Below, one piece after another: positions 50,074 through 60,304 of a stretch of DNA of 64,000 bases. The DNA is from an uncultured Chlamydiae bacterium (GTDB lineage Bacteria > Chlamydiota > Chlamydiia > Chlamydiales > Parachlamydiaceae). The stretch covers positions 32,001-96,000 of the forward strand of contig CAWHMU010000042.1 of NCBI GenBank assembly GCA_963830365.1, written 5' to 3'. The position numbers and the translations under genes are program-made. The stretch's first letter is position 1; every line of letters begins with the position of its first letter. The notes beneath the pieces were generated by a model. That model was not told the DNA's origin. It saw only the letters and a list, made by a program, of their open reading frames with translations, and did not search any database.

Positions 50074-52517
50074 AAAGCGAACGTGAAAAGTCTTTTATTC
50101 TGTGGTTTGACGAGATCGGCATCGAAGATATCGGTCTCGTAGGGGGCAAAAATGCCTCTCTGGGCGAGATGCGGCGCAACCGGCAGATAAAGGTGAAAAT
50201 TCCGCCAGGTTTTGCCATTACTTCCTATGCCTACCGTTATGTACTTGAGAAGGCCGGCGTCCTGAAAGAACTGAAAGCCGCCCTGCATGGATTGCAGGTG
50301 AGCGATGAAAAAGCCCTGGAAAAGGCCGGAGAAAGGGCCCGCAAGATCATCATGGGATGCGAGCTGCCAAAAGAGTTGCAGGCTGCCATTGCCGAGGCCT
50401 ACCGCAAGTTGTCTATGCAAAGCAAGGTGGAAAATCTGGATGTCGCCGTGCGCTCTTCGGCGACTGCCGAAGACCTGCCGCAGACGAGTTTTGCCGGCCA
50501 GCAGGAGTCGTTCCTCAATATTTGCGGTTTGGAGCAGCTGCTGGCGGCATGCAAGAGCTGCTTTGCGTCATTGTTCACCAACCGCGCCATCGCCTACCGC
50601 GCGGAGAACAAATTCGACCATTTCAAGGTGTATTTGTCCATCGGCGTCCAGAAGATGATCCGCTCTGATTTAGCATCGGCAGGGGTCATTTTCACGCTGG
50701 ATACCGAGACCGGCTTCCGCGATGTCGTCTTTATCACGGGCAGCTATGGCCTTGGCGAAAGCGTGGTGCAGGGTGCCGTCAATCCCGATGAGTTTTATGT
50801 CTTCAAGCCAACGCTTAAGCAAGGATATAAGCCTTTGATCGACAAGCGCCTCGGCGATAAGGCCACCAAGATCATCTACACAAAAAATACCGCGCATCCG
50901 GTCAAGAAGGTCAAGACACGGCTGGCAGACCGAAAGACGTATTGCCTGACGGATGGCGAAGCCTTGCAGCTGGCCACATGGGCCGTGGCCGTCGAAGACC
51001 ACTACAGTAAGAAGTATGGCAGATGGACCCCTATGGATTTGGAGTGGGCCAAGGACGGACAGACGCAGGAGCTGTTTATTGTGCAAGCGCGGCCTGAGAC
51101 GGTGCAATCGCAGCGCAACCGCAATATCATCGAAAACTACAAGCTGCAGGAGAAGGGCAAGGTGCTGGTGCAGGGCAAGAGCGTAGGCAATAAGATTGCG
51201 CAAGGCAAAGCCCATGTCATCAAGGACGCCAAAGACATCGCAAAATTCAAAGCCGGCGAGATATTGGTCACCGAGATCACCGATCCCGACTGGGTGCCGA
51301 TCATGCGCATTGCTTCGGCTATTGTGACAAATAGGGGCGGGCGTACATCGCATGCGGCCATTGTCAGCCGCGAGCTCGGGTTGCCCTGCATCGTAGGGAC
51401 TAACGATGCCACGCAGGTGCTTAAGAATGGGCAAAAGATCACGGTCAGCTGTGCCGAGGGGGAGAAGGGGCTGGTCTATGACGGGCTGCTTAAGTACAAA
51501 GTCGAAAAGATCGATGTGCAGAAGGCGTCGAAGCCAAAGACCAAGGTGATGATCAATGTGGGCTATCCCGATGAAGCCTATGAACTCAGCTTTCTGCCAA
51601 ATGATGGCGTCGGCCTGGCCCGCGAGGAATTTTTGGTGACCGAATACATCCGCATCCATCCCATGGCGTTGGTGAAGTTCGATCAGGTAAAGGATGTCAA
51701 GACGCGGCGGGAGATCAATGCGCTGACAGCCGGCTATGCCGACAAAAGGCAGTATTTCGTCGACAAGCTTGCCATGGGCGTAGCCATTATCGCCGCCGCC
51801 TTTTATCCGAAAGACGTCATCTTGCGTTTCAGCGATTTCAAAACTAATGAATATGTGAATCTGATCGGCGGTAAATATTTCGAACCGAAGGAAGAAAACC
51901 CCATGCTTGGCTGGCGCGGGGCCTCCAGGTACTATAGTGCCGGTTATAAGGAGGGCTTTGCCTTGGAGTGCCAGGCCATTAAGAAAGTCAGGGAGGAGTT
52001 TGGACTGATCAATTTAAAGGTCATGATCCCCGTCTGCCGCACCGTGGCCGAAGGCAAAAAAGTCTTAAAGGTGATGAAGGACAATGGCCTTGTGCAGGGC
52101 AAAGACGGGTTGGAAGTCTATGTCATGTGCGAGATCCCGAGCAATGTGATCTTAGTCGACAAGTTTTGCGATATCTTCGACGGCTTCAGCATCGGCAGCA
52201 ACGACCTTACCCAAATGACGCTGGGTGTGGATCGCGACAGTGCGCTGGTGGCTGATATCTTCGATGAGCGCAATGAAGCCGTCACCCGCATGATCGCACA
52301 TGTCATTGCGAGTGCCAAAAAGCGCAAGCGCAAGATCGGCATCTGCGGCGATGCCCCGTCGACCTATCCGGAATTTGCCGAGTTCCTGGTGGATTGCGGC
52401 ATCGACAGCATCAGTTTAAGTCCCGATGCGGTAATCAGGACTCGCCTTGTCATCGCCAATCATGAAAAGAAACGCAAAGCAGCCAAGCCGAAGAAGGGGG
52501 AGCTATGGAAAAGTTGA
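50070..52517 (+). CDS. ppsA: Phosphoenolpyruvate synthase
   Basis: VGGKNASLGEM, AVRSSATAEDLP..SFAGQQ, GGRTSHAAIVSRELG, FSIGSNDLTQ. Confidence 0.96.
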   Translation: MKSEREKSFILWFDEIGIEDIGLVGGKNASLGEMRRNRQIKVKIPPGFAITSYAYRYVLEKAGVLKELKAALHGLQVSDEKALEKAGERARKIIMGCELPKELQAAIAEAYRKLSMQSKVENLDVAVRSSATAEDLPQTSFAGQQESFLNICGLEQLLAACKSCFASLFTNRAIAYRAENKFDHFKVYLSIGVQKMIRSDLASAGVIFTLDTETGFRDVVFITGSYGLGESVVQGAVNPDEFYVFKPTLKQGYKPLIDKRLGDKATKIIYTKNTAHPVKKVKTRLADRKTYCLTDGEALQLATWAVAVEDHYSKKYGRWTPMDLEWAKDGQTQELFIVQARPETVQSQRNRNIIENYKLQEKGKVLVQGKSVGNKIAQGKAHVIKDAKDIAKFKAGEILVTEITDPDWVPIMRIASAIVTNRGGRTSHAAIVSRELGLPCIVGTNDATQVLKNGQKITVSCAEGEKGLVYDGLLKYKVEKIDVQKASKPKTKVMINVGYPDEAYELSFLPNDGVGLAREEFLVTEYIRIHPMALVKFDQVKDVKTRREINALTAGYADKRQYFVDKLAMGVAIIAAAFYPKDVILRFSDFKTNEYVNLIGGKYFEPKEENPMLGWRGASRYYSAGYKEGFALECQAIKKVREEFGLINLKVMIPVCRTVAEGKKVLKVMKDNGLVQGKDGLEVYVMCEIPSNVILVDKFCDIFDGFSIGSNDLTQMTLGVDRDSALVADIFDERNEAVTRMIAHVIASAKKRKRKIGICGDAPSTYPEFAEFLVDCGIDSISLSPDAVIRTRLVIANHEKKRKAAKPKKGELWKS

Positions 52518-53155
52518 TCCATGTGAAGCAGGCTGGAGTGGAGATGGAAGGGATGCTCAAGGTTCCGCCAGGGGCTAAAGGCCTAGTGCTCTTTGCCCAT
52601 GGCAGCGGCAGCAGCCGCTTTTCGCCACGCAACAATTATGTGGCCGACGTGTTGAATGAGGCGGGGCTGTCGACGCTGCTCATCGACCTGCTTTCCAAGC
52701 AGGAGGATGAAGTCTACCAGACAAGATTTGATATCAACCTGCTCGGCCAGCGGCTGGGGTGGGTGGTGGAGTGGCTGCAGAAACAACCGGAAAGCAAAGA
52801 CCTCGCCATCGGACTTTTTGGCGCCAGCACAGGGGCGGCGGCGGCCTTGCAGGTGGCAGCCGCTATGGGCAAGCAGATCAAAGCTGTCGTTTCGCGCGGC
52901 GGGCGTCCTGACCTGGCCATGGATGTGCTGGAAGATGTGGTGGCGCCGAGCTTGTTCATTGTCGGCGGCGAGGATTTCGGCGTCATAGAATTAAACCAGG
53001 AGGCCTTTGCCAGGCTGGTATGTTTGAAAAAATTCGACATCGTCCCCAACGCCACCCATCTGTTTGAAGAGCCGGGGTGCCTCGAGGAAGTCGCCGGGCT
53101 GGCTAAGGAGTGGTTTAAAAAGCATCTCGAAGCTAAAACAGCCGCAGAGCTATAA
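52505..53155 (+). CDS. Dienelactone hydrolase-like alpha/beta hydrolase
   Basis: FAHGSGSSRFSPRN, GASTG, VSRGGRPDLA, ATHLFEEPG. Confidence 0.9.
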   Translation: MEKLIHVKQAGVEMEGMLKVPPGAKGLVLFAHGSGSSRFSPRNNYVADVLNEAGLSTLLIDLLSKQEDEVYQTRFDINLLGQRLGWVVEWLQKQPESKDLAIGLFGASTGAAAALQVAAAMGKQIKAVVSRGGRPDLAMDVLEDVVAPSLFIVGGEDFGVIELNQEAFARLVCLKKFDIVPNATHLFEEPGCLEEVAGLAKEWFKKHLEAKTAAEL

Positions 53156-53316
53156 AGATTGCGCTTGTCGGCGATGTGATGCTGGGGGCGCCTGGTCGAT
53201 GAGGCGTTATAACCTGCCCCTCGTATTGCCTTTGGAGGAATACTGGTCGATGCGTCAGGATACCGACTTGTGTATCTCTAAGCTGGACCCTAATGGCTTT
53301 TGGTAAAAAATATTCA

Positions 53317-53373
53317 CATGATATTAGGATGGACAGAATGCTGATTTATCCTGTCCATCCTAATATCATGTTG
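53317..53373. repeat. Family E hairpin (also 54548-54606)
   Basis: ATATTAGGATGGACAG..CTGTCCATCCTAATAT. Confidence 0.8.
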
Positions 53374-53496
53374 TTTTTTCTTGAATTTTGACCAGACAGA
53401 ATACCATCAAAAAAAAGCCTAGTGTAGACGTTGGCCGGACCCCAATCCTAAAAAGTCTGCTCGCGGCCTGAGTTTTTGAGCAGTCATCTTTGCCAA

Positions 53497-53946
53497 TCAC
53501 TCACATACTGGATACCGCCTCATACCCGGGAGATTGGGGTCAAGATTGGAGTCAGGCTTGGCATTTGGAAATTTGATACTTAGAGTGTTGATAGAAAGAT
53601 ATTTAAACATCAATTCTCCAAATGCCAAGCCTGACACCTTTTCATAATCGGAAGAAAAATGAACAATTTCCGGGGCAATGCCTGCCTTGCTAGCCAAAAG
53701 ATGAGCGACATATTCATGCTGCTTATTGAGGCCAAATGCACGCACATTATCTTTCAATATTTTTGCAACGAAAGTTTCAGACCCTACTTCAATTTTGTAA
53801 GCAAGATTATCAAGACCGCCGAATAATGGCGTAATAGTTAGCGAAGAAGCGTCCAGCCAACCGGGGGTGTTTTCAATAAGCATTTTTACGAGAGGGTGTA
53901 TCCTTTCCATGCTTTTGAAATACTGCAGGTAATTGAATAAAGGCAA
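53497..53946 (-). pseudogene. Truncated choline/ethanolamine kinase-like gene
   Basis: N-lobe GGLDNLAYKI..FVAK..GIAPEIV with no catalytic C-lobe; 3' part (~53497-53640) derives from a family A-like repeat core. Confidence 0.65.
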
Positions 53947-54410
53947 TACATTGTTTTATCAAATCACTGGCTTGAACCAAGCCAGCACCTCTGAATCCAC
54001 CTCCATGTGGCCCGCCGCAGCGCGATCAGTGAATCCGTGACAGATGGAAGGTTTACAAGTAGGCTGAAATCTGCTGACCGCCGCCGCGGTATAAGCCACT
54101 ATCCAACATCTTAATTTGAGTCACATAAGTACCTTTGCAATTTTCTCAAACGGGGATTGGAGAAAGTTTACTCAAGATCGCAAGCAATTCACAAAGTTCT
54201 GATAATGAAGGCTCATAAAAATGTGAAGACTTAATACTTTTACCGGCTAAAGGTCCTCATTTGTCGGATGAACCTTTATATATGTTAAGATCTCGCGTTG
54301 GCCTTTTGCTTTTAGCAATTCTACTGACACTCTCCTGCTTAATTGCATGCCTATACGCTTGACACCCAAAATTTGACTGCGCGAGAGGGGTTAAATGTTG
54401 AGCTTTGAGA

Positions 54411-54647
54411 GGCTATGTTCACCCTTATAGGGAAAACTTTCGGTCACAGGTACGAACATTCGCCATGGCCGGAATCAAAATACAGTTAGACACTGGCCGA
54501 TCGGGCTCTGTTAACCTTATGCCGTAATGATTTTCGTTAAAAATAACAACAGGATATTAGGATGGACAGGATGACTGATTTATCCTGTCCATCCTAATAT
54601 CCTGTTGTTTTTTTTATTAAATTTTGGCCGAACAGGTGAACACCACC
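54411..54647. mobile_element. MITE family F carrying a family E hairpin, nested in an outer IR (~54345-54390 / 54703-54748)
   Basis: GGCTATGTTCACC / GGTGAACACCACC; TSD CTTTGAGA/CTTTGTGA; outer GCATGCCTATACGCTTGACACCCAAA is mirrored. Confidence 0.8.
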
Positions 54648-54896
54648 CTTTGTGATGAAGTCATTGCGCTAGCTATTACCAAGGAGCAAAACTCAGTTGA
54701 GAGCCCCTCGCAATCAGTCAAATTTGGGTGTCAAGCGTATAGGCATGCTTAATTGCAGTTTTTTCTAAATATAAATCCGCAAACCGCATATTATCAATAA
54801 GTTAAACTTTGTATTATTTCACTATATGGTTGCCGCTCCTCTTTGCAATAAGACTTTGCCTTAGCCCTCATCATAGAGCGTTTACTGAAGTCTACG

Positions 54897-55601
54897 CTAC
54901 AGTGTGAGCGCTTTGAGCTCGCCGTTGACGAGGTGGTAGCGGCGTTGGCAGAGTTTGGCCAGTTCATGGTCGTGGGTGACGATGATCAGTGTCTTATTAT
55001 GGGCATGGGCGAAGTTGAGCAGCAGCTCATGGATGATGGTGGAGGTTTGGCGGTCCAGGTTGCCTGACGGCTCGTCGGCAAAGATGATATCTGGATCGTT
55101 GCACAGGGCGCGGGCGATGGCCACGCGCTGCTTTTCGCCGCCCGACAGCAGCTTGGTATTGAAATGGGCGCGGTCGGCGAGCCCTACATGCGCTAGCAGC
55201 TGGCAGGCGCGTTGGTAGGCGGGAGTATTGGGTGATGTGGCCTTTCGGGCTATCTTGGCGGGCATCAGCACGTTTTCCAGGGCGGTGTAGTCTTCCAGCA
55301 GGTGGAAGGACTGGAAAATGAAGCCGAGCTTCTGGTTGCGGATCTGGCTTTTGTTGAACTGGGAGATGGCGACGCCGTCGATCTCCAGGCTGCCGCCGCA
55401 GGGATTGTCGAGTGTGCCGAGGATCTGCAGCAGGGTGCTTTTGCCTTCGCCTGAGCGCCCCATGATGGCCAGGGTATCGCCGCGGTGTACGTCGAGATTT
55501 ATCTCTTTGAGGATATCTATATGCACGGGGTTGTAGAAGGCTTTGCGCAGTTGCATAGCGCGCAGGATCAGAGGTTTTTCGATGGTGTTTTCCATAATCA
55601 T
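54897..55601 (-). CDS. lolD: Lipoprotein-releasing ABC transporter ATPase
   Basis: GRSGEGKST, GFIFQSFHLL, LSGGEKQRVAIARAL, DEPSGNLD. Confidence 0.88.
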   Translation of the reverse strand: MIMENTIEKPLILRAMQLRKAFYNPVHIDILKEINLDVHRGDTLAIMGRSGEGKSTLLQILGTLDNPCGGSLEIDGVAISQFNKSQIRNQKLGFIFQSFHLLEDYTALENVLMPAKIARKATSPNTPAYQRACQLLAHVGLADRAHFNTKLLSGGEKQRVAIARALCNDPDIIFADEPSGNLDRQTSTIIHELLLNFAHAHNKTLIIVTHDHELAKLCQRRYHLVNGELKALTL

Positions 55602-57718
55602 TCTGCCCTCAAGATGGCTGAAGGACGCAGCATGCTGGCCTTTACGGCCGGCACGATGCCGGCCAAAAGCGAGATGAAAGCCGTCGTCATCACCACCAGC
55701 GACAAAGCTTCAAAACTTAGTTCGCTGGGCAGGGTGTTGCCGTAAAAGACCGGATTGAATAGATCGTACCCCTGCAGGCGGCCGATGAAATCCACGAGGG
55801 CGTTCAGATTTCGTAGCGTGAGGAAGGCCGCCAGGATGCCGATCAGGCTGCCGAGGGTGCCCATGACCATGCCGCAGGTGCCGAAGATCAGGGCGATGCT
55901 GCCCGATGTCGCCCCCATGGAGCGCAGGATGCCGATTTCGAGTTTCTTGTCGTTGACCAGGATGATCAGCATGGAGATGATGTTGGAGCAGGCGACGATG
56001 ATGATGACCAGCGAGATGACGCTGAAGAGGTTTTTTTCGCTATGCAGCTGCTGGATGAGGTCTTTGGTGAATTCATATTCCTGGTACGTTTCGATATGCC
56101 AATAGGGGGCGATGCCATCGCGCTGGAAAGCCAGCTGCAGTTCGTTTTTTATTTTCTGGGCATCGCTTAGGTTGTCGAAGCGGATGTTAAGGCCGTTGCT
56201 GGCCAGCACGTCATTCTGGTTGTAGGAGGCGCGCACCATGGCGATGAGGTCTTTGGGGGCTAGGATATATTTGCCGCCGATCGGCATGATGCCGGGATCG
56301 TAAAAGCCGGCCACAAAGACCGCTACGCGCTGTTCCTGCAGGCTGCTGGGCGTCGGTGAATGGTAGGAGAGGTAGCCCTGGTCGCCGAGCAGGACGCCGG
56401 CTTCTTTAAAGCTTTTGGGCAGCAGGATGGCATCGCCCACGTTGGGGTCGTTGGGCAAGACAATCCCCGCTTGGGGAGAAAGGTGGGCAAAGAGATGGGT
56501 CTTGGCATTGGGCAGGACTTTAGCTTCGGCCAGTTGCAGGCGGTCGAGCGACACTTTGCCTGCTATGAGGGAGCCTTGGATGGTGGCGTGCATGTCAAAG
56601 GCAAGCTCTTGCGGCCTAGCGGCTTTGGCGATGGAGTCGGTAATGACTGTGGCCGGCAGCTTGATATTGCCTTCGAGGAACATCGGCATCGATGCAGGCA
56701 CGTTTTGGATGTCCTGTCCGGCCAATTTGAGGGTGGCCTTTTCGCTGTCGATATGCAGCTCGCCGGCTACTGCCCGGGCACTATCTGATTGCAGGCGCTG
56801 CAGCAGCGAGGTTAGTGCGGCTGCGTCTGGCGGGATGATGAGGCGGGTGATATCGCCATCTTTAATTATGGCCACCACTTGTAAATCGGCGACGGCCGGC
56901 AAGAAGGCGCGTGGCAGGCGCCAGCCTTGAGGCGGTGTTTTCAGGGCCTGCACCTCGATTGCTTGAAAGAAGTCTTGCAGGCGCTTTTGCATATGCGGCG
57001 TGTCAAGGCGATGCACGATATCTGGTGCTTCCTCCAGTACATTATCGGAGGAGATGGCTTGCATGTGGAGCAGGTTGGTGAAATCTTCCAGCGTCAATGG
57101 CAGGAGGGCTTTGGTCAATGCCGGCGTGTCGGCATCGAAAGAACCGATATAGGCGGCATGGTCGAGGAACTGTTGTGACTGCTGGTTTGTGCCTGCCATA
57201 TGACGCAGAAGTCTTAAGCGCACATTGGCGACTGTCGTTTCAAAATCCGAAACTTTTAGGTTTTTTGGCGTGGCAAGGCTTGACGCGCTCTGCTGCACCT
57301 GTTTGACGAGGTCTTTCAGCTGGCCATGGGCATCGCGGTCTGGGAGCGGCCAATGTGCCGGCAGCTCTTCATCGGTGGTTGGATCATAGGGATCGGCGGC
57401 AGCGGCGTTAAGTTTTTCGCCGATTGTTTTGGCGGTATAATCTGCGCGGGCGCTGATGGTATCGATCTGATGGTAGTAGGAGGCGTAATATTTATCAGTG
57501 GGGGTGACGCGGATGGGGGCGGTGAGGGCGATGATTTTGTCTACCCAGCTATTTTCGAGACCGTCTTTGACGGAGAAGAAGACGACGATCAGCCAGACGA
57601 CAAGGGCGATCACGAGGATCGAAACCAAGCTGATGATAGAGACAGAAAGCTGCCTCCATCGTGGAATAAGATACTTACCGGCTACAGACAGCTCAAACAT
57701 AGGCCCTCGTTTTTTCAA
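55598..57718 (-). CDS. Lipoprotein-releasing ABC permease LolC/E (long chlamydial form)
   Basis: FELSVAGKYLIP, C-terminal FtsX domain KKLEIGILRSMGA, ends SAILRAE; start may be 57700. Confidence 0.88.
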   Translation of the reverse strand: MKKRGPMFELSVAGKYLIPRWRQLSVSIISLVSILVIALVVWLIVVFFSVKDGLENSWVDKIIALTAPIRVTPTDKYYASYYHQIDTISARADYTAKTIGEKLNAAAADPYDPTTDEELPAHWPLPDRDAHGQLKDLVKQVQQSASSLATPKNLKVSDFETTVANVRLRLLRHMAGTNQQSQQFLDHAAYIGSFDADTPALTKALLPLTLEDFTNLLHMQAISSDNVLEEAPDIVHRLDTPHMQKRLQDFFQAIEVQALKTPPQGWRLPRAFLPAVADLQVVAIIKDGDITRLIIPPDAAALTSLLQRLQSDSARAVAGELHIDSEKATLKLAGQDIQNVPASMPMFLEGNIKLPATVITDSIAKAARPQELAFDMHATIQGSLIAGKVSLDRLQLAEAKVLPNAKTHLFAHLSPQAGIVLPNDPNVGDAILLPKSFKEAGVLLGDQGYLSYHSPTPSSLQEQRVAVFVAGFYDPGIMPIGGKYILAPKDLIAMVRASYNQNDVLASNGLNIRFDNLSDAQKIKNELQLAFQRDGIAPYWHIETYQEYEFTKDLIQQLHSEKNLFSVISLVIIIVACSNIISMLIILVNDKKLEIGILRSMGATSGSIALIFGTCGMVMGTLGSLIGILAAFLTLRNLNALVDFIGRLQGYDLFNPVFYGNTLPSELSFEALSLVVMTTAFISLLAGIVPAVKASMLRPSAILRAE

Positions 57719-57755
57719 GGCTGTGAAAAAGACATGTTGTTTTTTTCACAGCCTT
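57717..57755 (-). terminator. Hairpin downstream of rpmG
   Basis: AAGGCTGTGAAAAA..TTTTTCACAGCCTT. Confidence 0.55.
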
Positions 57756-57772
57756 ACAGAAGTATGAGAGTG

Positions 57773-57928
57773 CTATTTTGCTTCTTTAAAGTCGACGTGT
57801 TTGCGTAGGGTCGGGTCGTATTTTTTGCGTGTCAGACGATCTGGTGTGTTCGTCTTGTTTTTTTCTGTGTAGTAATGAAAAGCACTCTCGGAACTTTTCA
57901 TTTTGATATTCTCACGTTTTTTTGCCAT
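57773..57928 (-). CDS. rpmG: 50S ribosomal protein L33 (Cys-free type; not in ORF track)
   Basis: [51 protein letters not shown]. Confidence 0.95.
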   Translation of the reverse strand: MAKKRENIKMKSSESAFHYYTEKNKTNTPDRLTRKKYDPTLRKHVDFKEAK

Positions 57929-58023
57929 AGCAATATCTCCGCTGCATCTATTTCATAAAAGGTGAAATCATACCCTAGTGATGGGATTGTTGAAAAGGAA
58001 AAAAGGGTGTGTGTTCACCTTTT

Positions 58024-58893
58024 CTAGATCAAATAGAGGGATAAACCTGCCCAGCCGAGTACGGAGCAGGTGATTTGGGGGTCTTTCAGCAGGTCGCGGG
58101 TGGGATCGCCGCCTTCATTGGAGTGGTGCAGCAGGAAGAGGTAGCGGAATAAGGCGTAGATGACAAAAGGCACGGTATAAATTAAATTTTCCGTATGGTG
58201 GAGGTTGACTGTTTCGGTACTCATCGTGTAGAGGCTGTAGCTGATGATCACGGCGGCAGCGCAGATGCTGGTTAGCTGGTCCAGCAGCGCGGCGCTATAA
58301 TGGCGCAGTACGCGCCTGTGTTCTTGCTTGAGATTGGCTAGGACCGAAATTTCGGCCCGGCGTTTGGCAAAGCCCAGGAAGAGGGTTACCATCAAGCTAC
58401 ACAGCAATAGCCACTTGGAGGGGGGGATGCCCACACCCAGGGTGCCGGCTAAGATCCGCAGCATAAAGCCTGTGGCGATGCAGAAGACATCGAGGATTAC
58501 GACATGTTTGAGCCACAGCGAATAGACGATATTCAACAGCAGATAAGCCATAATGATCGCCAGCACGGAAGGGGAGACCCAAAGCGCAAGCGCCAGGGCG
58601 GCGCTGCCAAGGAGGAGGGTCAGGCCCAAGGCAAAGCTTTTAGAGACTTTGCCGGCGGGCAGGGGGCGATATTGCTTTTTCGGGTGCTGCCGATCATTTT
58701 CACAATCGATGATATCGTTAAAGACATACACGCAGCTTGATGCCAGGCAAAAGGCCGCCGTCGCCAAGGATACCTGCACGAGCATATCGGCAGCGTCGAG
58801 GCGCCGGCTGAAAAGGATGCCGACAAAGACGAAGCTGTTTTTAATCCATTGAAGAGGCCTGATCAGCTGCCAGATATCGCGGACATGGTTCAT
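58024..58893 (-). CDS. Decaprenyl-phosphate phosphoribosyltransferase (UbiA family)
   Basis: RPLQWIKN, YVFNDIIDCENDRQHPKK..RPLPAG, KRRAE, GGDP. Confidence 0.9.
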   Translation of the reverse strand: MNHVRDIWQLIRPLQWIKNSFVFVGILFSRRLDAADMLVQVSLATAAFCLASSCVYVFNDIIDCENDRQHPKKQYRPLPAGKVSKSFALGLTLLLGSAALALALWVSPSVLAIIMAYLLLNIVYSLWLKHVVILDVFCIATGFMLRILAGTLGVGIPPSKWLLLCSLMVTLFLGFAKRRAEISVLANLKQEHRRVLRHYSAALLDQLTSICAAAVIISYSLYTMSTETVNLHHTENLIYTVPFVIYALFRYLFLLHHSNEGGDPTRDLLKDPQITCSVLGWAGLSLYLI

Positions 58894-58906
58894 TTTAATT
58901 TCCTTT

Positions 58907-59548
58907 TCAGGTTAAGGGCGTCGGTGGGGGCATGTGGCGGAAGAAGGAGTGATCGGCAATGGCCAGCAGCTCCTTATCGCCGCGGCTATCGCCATAGGCG
59001 TAGATGTTATATTTCGCCAGCGGACCGAACGCTTCTTCCAGGCGGCGGACTTTTTCAGGGCCCCAGCAATTTAAGCCCGAGAGGCGGCCGGTGACATTGC
59101 CGGTTGGGGTGGTGGCCAGTTTCGAACAGATGACATGGTCAAAACCTGCCATTTTGGCCCAGGCATCGAGATAGGCGTCGACGGAGGCGCTGATCAAGAC
59201 GCACTGATGCTGTTGGCGTTTATGCCAGGCCAGACGTTTATTGGCCGCCGGCCGGACGAGGTGTTGCATTGAGCGAGAGGTGGCAAAGGTTTCGCCGAGT
59301 TCGCGCAGTTGGGCGATCGACATGCCGCCAAAAAAGCGCGTCAGGATCATCTCTTTGGCTTGCTGCCTTGACAGGCGCTTTAAGAGGAAGGCTGCCATGG
59401 CGGGAACTAATTTTGCCAGCTTGCCCAGGGTGCGCCAGGTGCCGGCGGTATAAAAGAGGAAGGAGAGCAGGCTGTCGCGCGTGGTGATGGTGCCGTCGAA
59501 ATCAAAGATTGCCAGGGTGGGCTTTGGTGCTGCTGAGGGGTCTATCAT
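58907..59548 (-). CDS. HAD-IB phosphatase
   Basis: FDFDGTIT, ISAS, NCWGPEKV, AYGDSRGD. Confidence 0.9.
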   Translation of the reverse strand: MIDPSAAPKPTLAIFDFDGTITTRDSLLSFLFYTAGTWRTLGKLAKLVPAMAAFLLKRLSRQQAKEMILTRFFGGMSIAQLRELGETFATSRSMQHLVRPAANKRLAWHKRQQHQCVLISASVDAYLDAWAKMAGFDHVICSKLATTPTGNVTGRLSGLNCWGPEKVRRLEEAFGPLAKYNIYAYGDSRGDKELLAIADHSFFRHMPPPTPLT

Positions 59549-59560
59549 AATTTCATTCTC

Positions 59561-60304
59561 TTATAATTTCATTCTTTTGAAGATGCTTTCAGGAATGGCC
59601 TTAATGATGTGCATGATATATTTCCAAAAGCCGGGAATATAGACGATATCGCGCTTTGCGTCGAGTGTTTCAACAATGTTCTTGCCGACGTCTGCCGGGC
59701 TGGCTACCAAGAAGAGTCCGGGCTTGCCGAAGGTCATGGGAGTATCGACAAAGCCGGGTTTGATGGTGATGACGCGTACGCCGAGGGGGTACAGGCGGTT
59801 GCGCAGTCCCTGTAGAAACAGACTAAGGCCCCCTTTGGCGGCGCCGTAGATATAATTGCTTTGCCGACCGCGTTCGCCGGCAACCGATGAGAGGGCAATG
59901 ATGAAGCCTTGCTTTTGGGCGCTAAGATGGTTGGCGCAATGGGTCAAAATCGAGCAGGCGCCGGTGAAGTTGCTATGGATGATGGTTTGGGCGGCATCGA
60001 AATTGTGCAAAGCCGCGTCGTGGTCGCCGGTAGTCCCGAAGGCTAGCAAGACGCCATCAAGCGGTCCTATGGTGGTGACGACATGTTGCAGAAAGGCGCT
60101 GTGGCTGTCGAAGTCTTCGGCCTCGAAGGCTCCATACTGTACTTTGGCGGTATGGCGGATGGCGATGTCGGCGGCCAATCTTTCAAGCTCATCCACGTGG
60201 CGACCGGCCAGGAATAGGGCGTAGCCTTTTTCGGCGAAGGCATTGGCGGCGGCGCGGGCGATGGAAGAGGTGGCGCCCAGGATGAGGACAGTTTTGTTTT
60301 TCAT
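59561..60304 (-). CDS. SDR oxidoreductase (DprE2-like)
   Basis: LGATSSIA, SSVAGERGRQSNYIYGAAKG, KPGFVDT. Confidence 0.88.
   Translation of the reverse strand: MKNKTVLILGATSSIARAAANAFAEKGYALFLAGRHVDELERLAADIAIRHTAKVQYGAFEAEDFDSHSAFLQHVVTTIGPLDGVLLAFGTTGDHDAALHNFDAAQTIIHSNFTGACSILTHCANHLSAQKQGFIIALSSVAGERGRQSNYIYGAAKGGLSLFLQGLRNRLYPLGVRVITIKPGFVDTPMTFGKPGLFLVASPADVGKNIVETLDAKRDIVYIPGFWKYIMHIIKAIPESIFKRMKL

Noticed and set aside
50670..51659. 329-aa antisense ORF (and similar ones at 2763, 24099, 49662)
   Set aside because: Shadow frames opposite well-supported genes
55598..57718. Unusually long LolC/E as a novelty
   Set aside because: A large periplasmic insertion is, to my knowledge, normal for chlamydial orthologues
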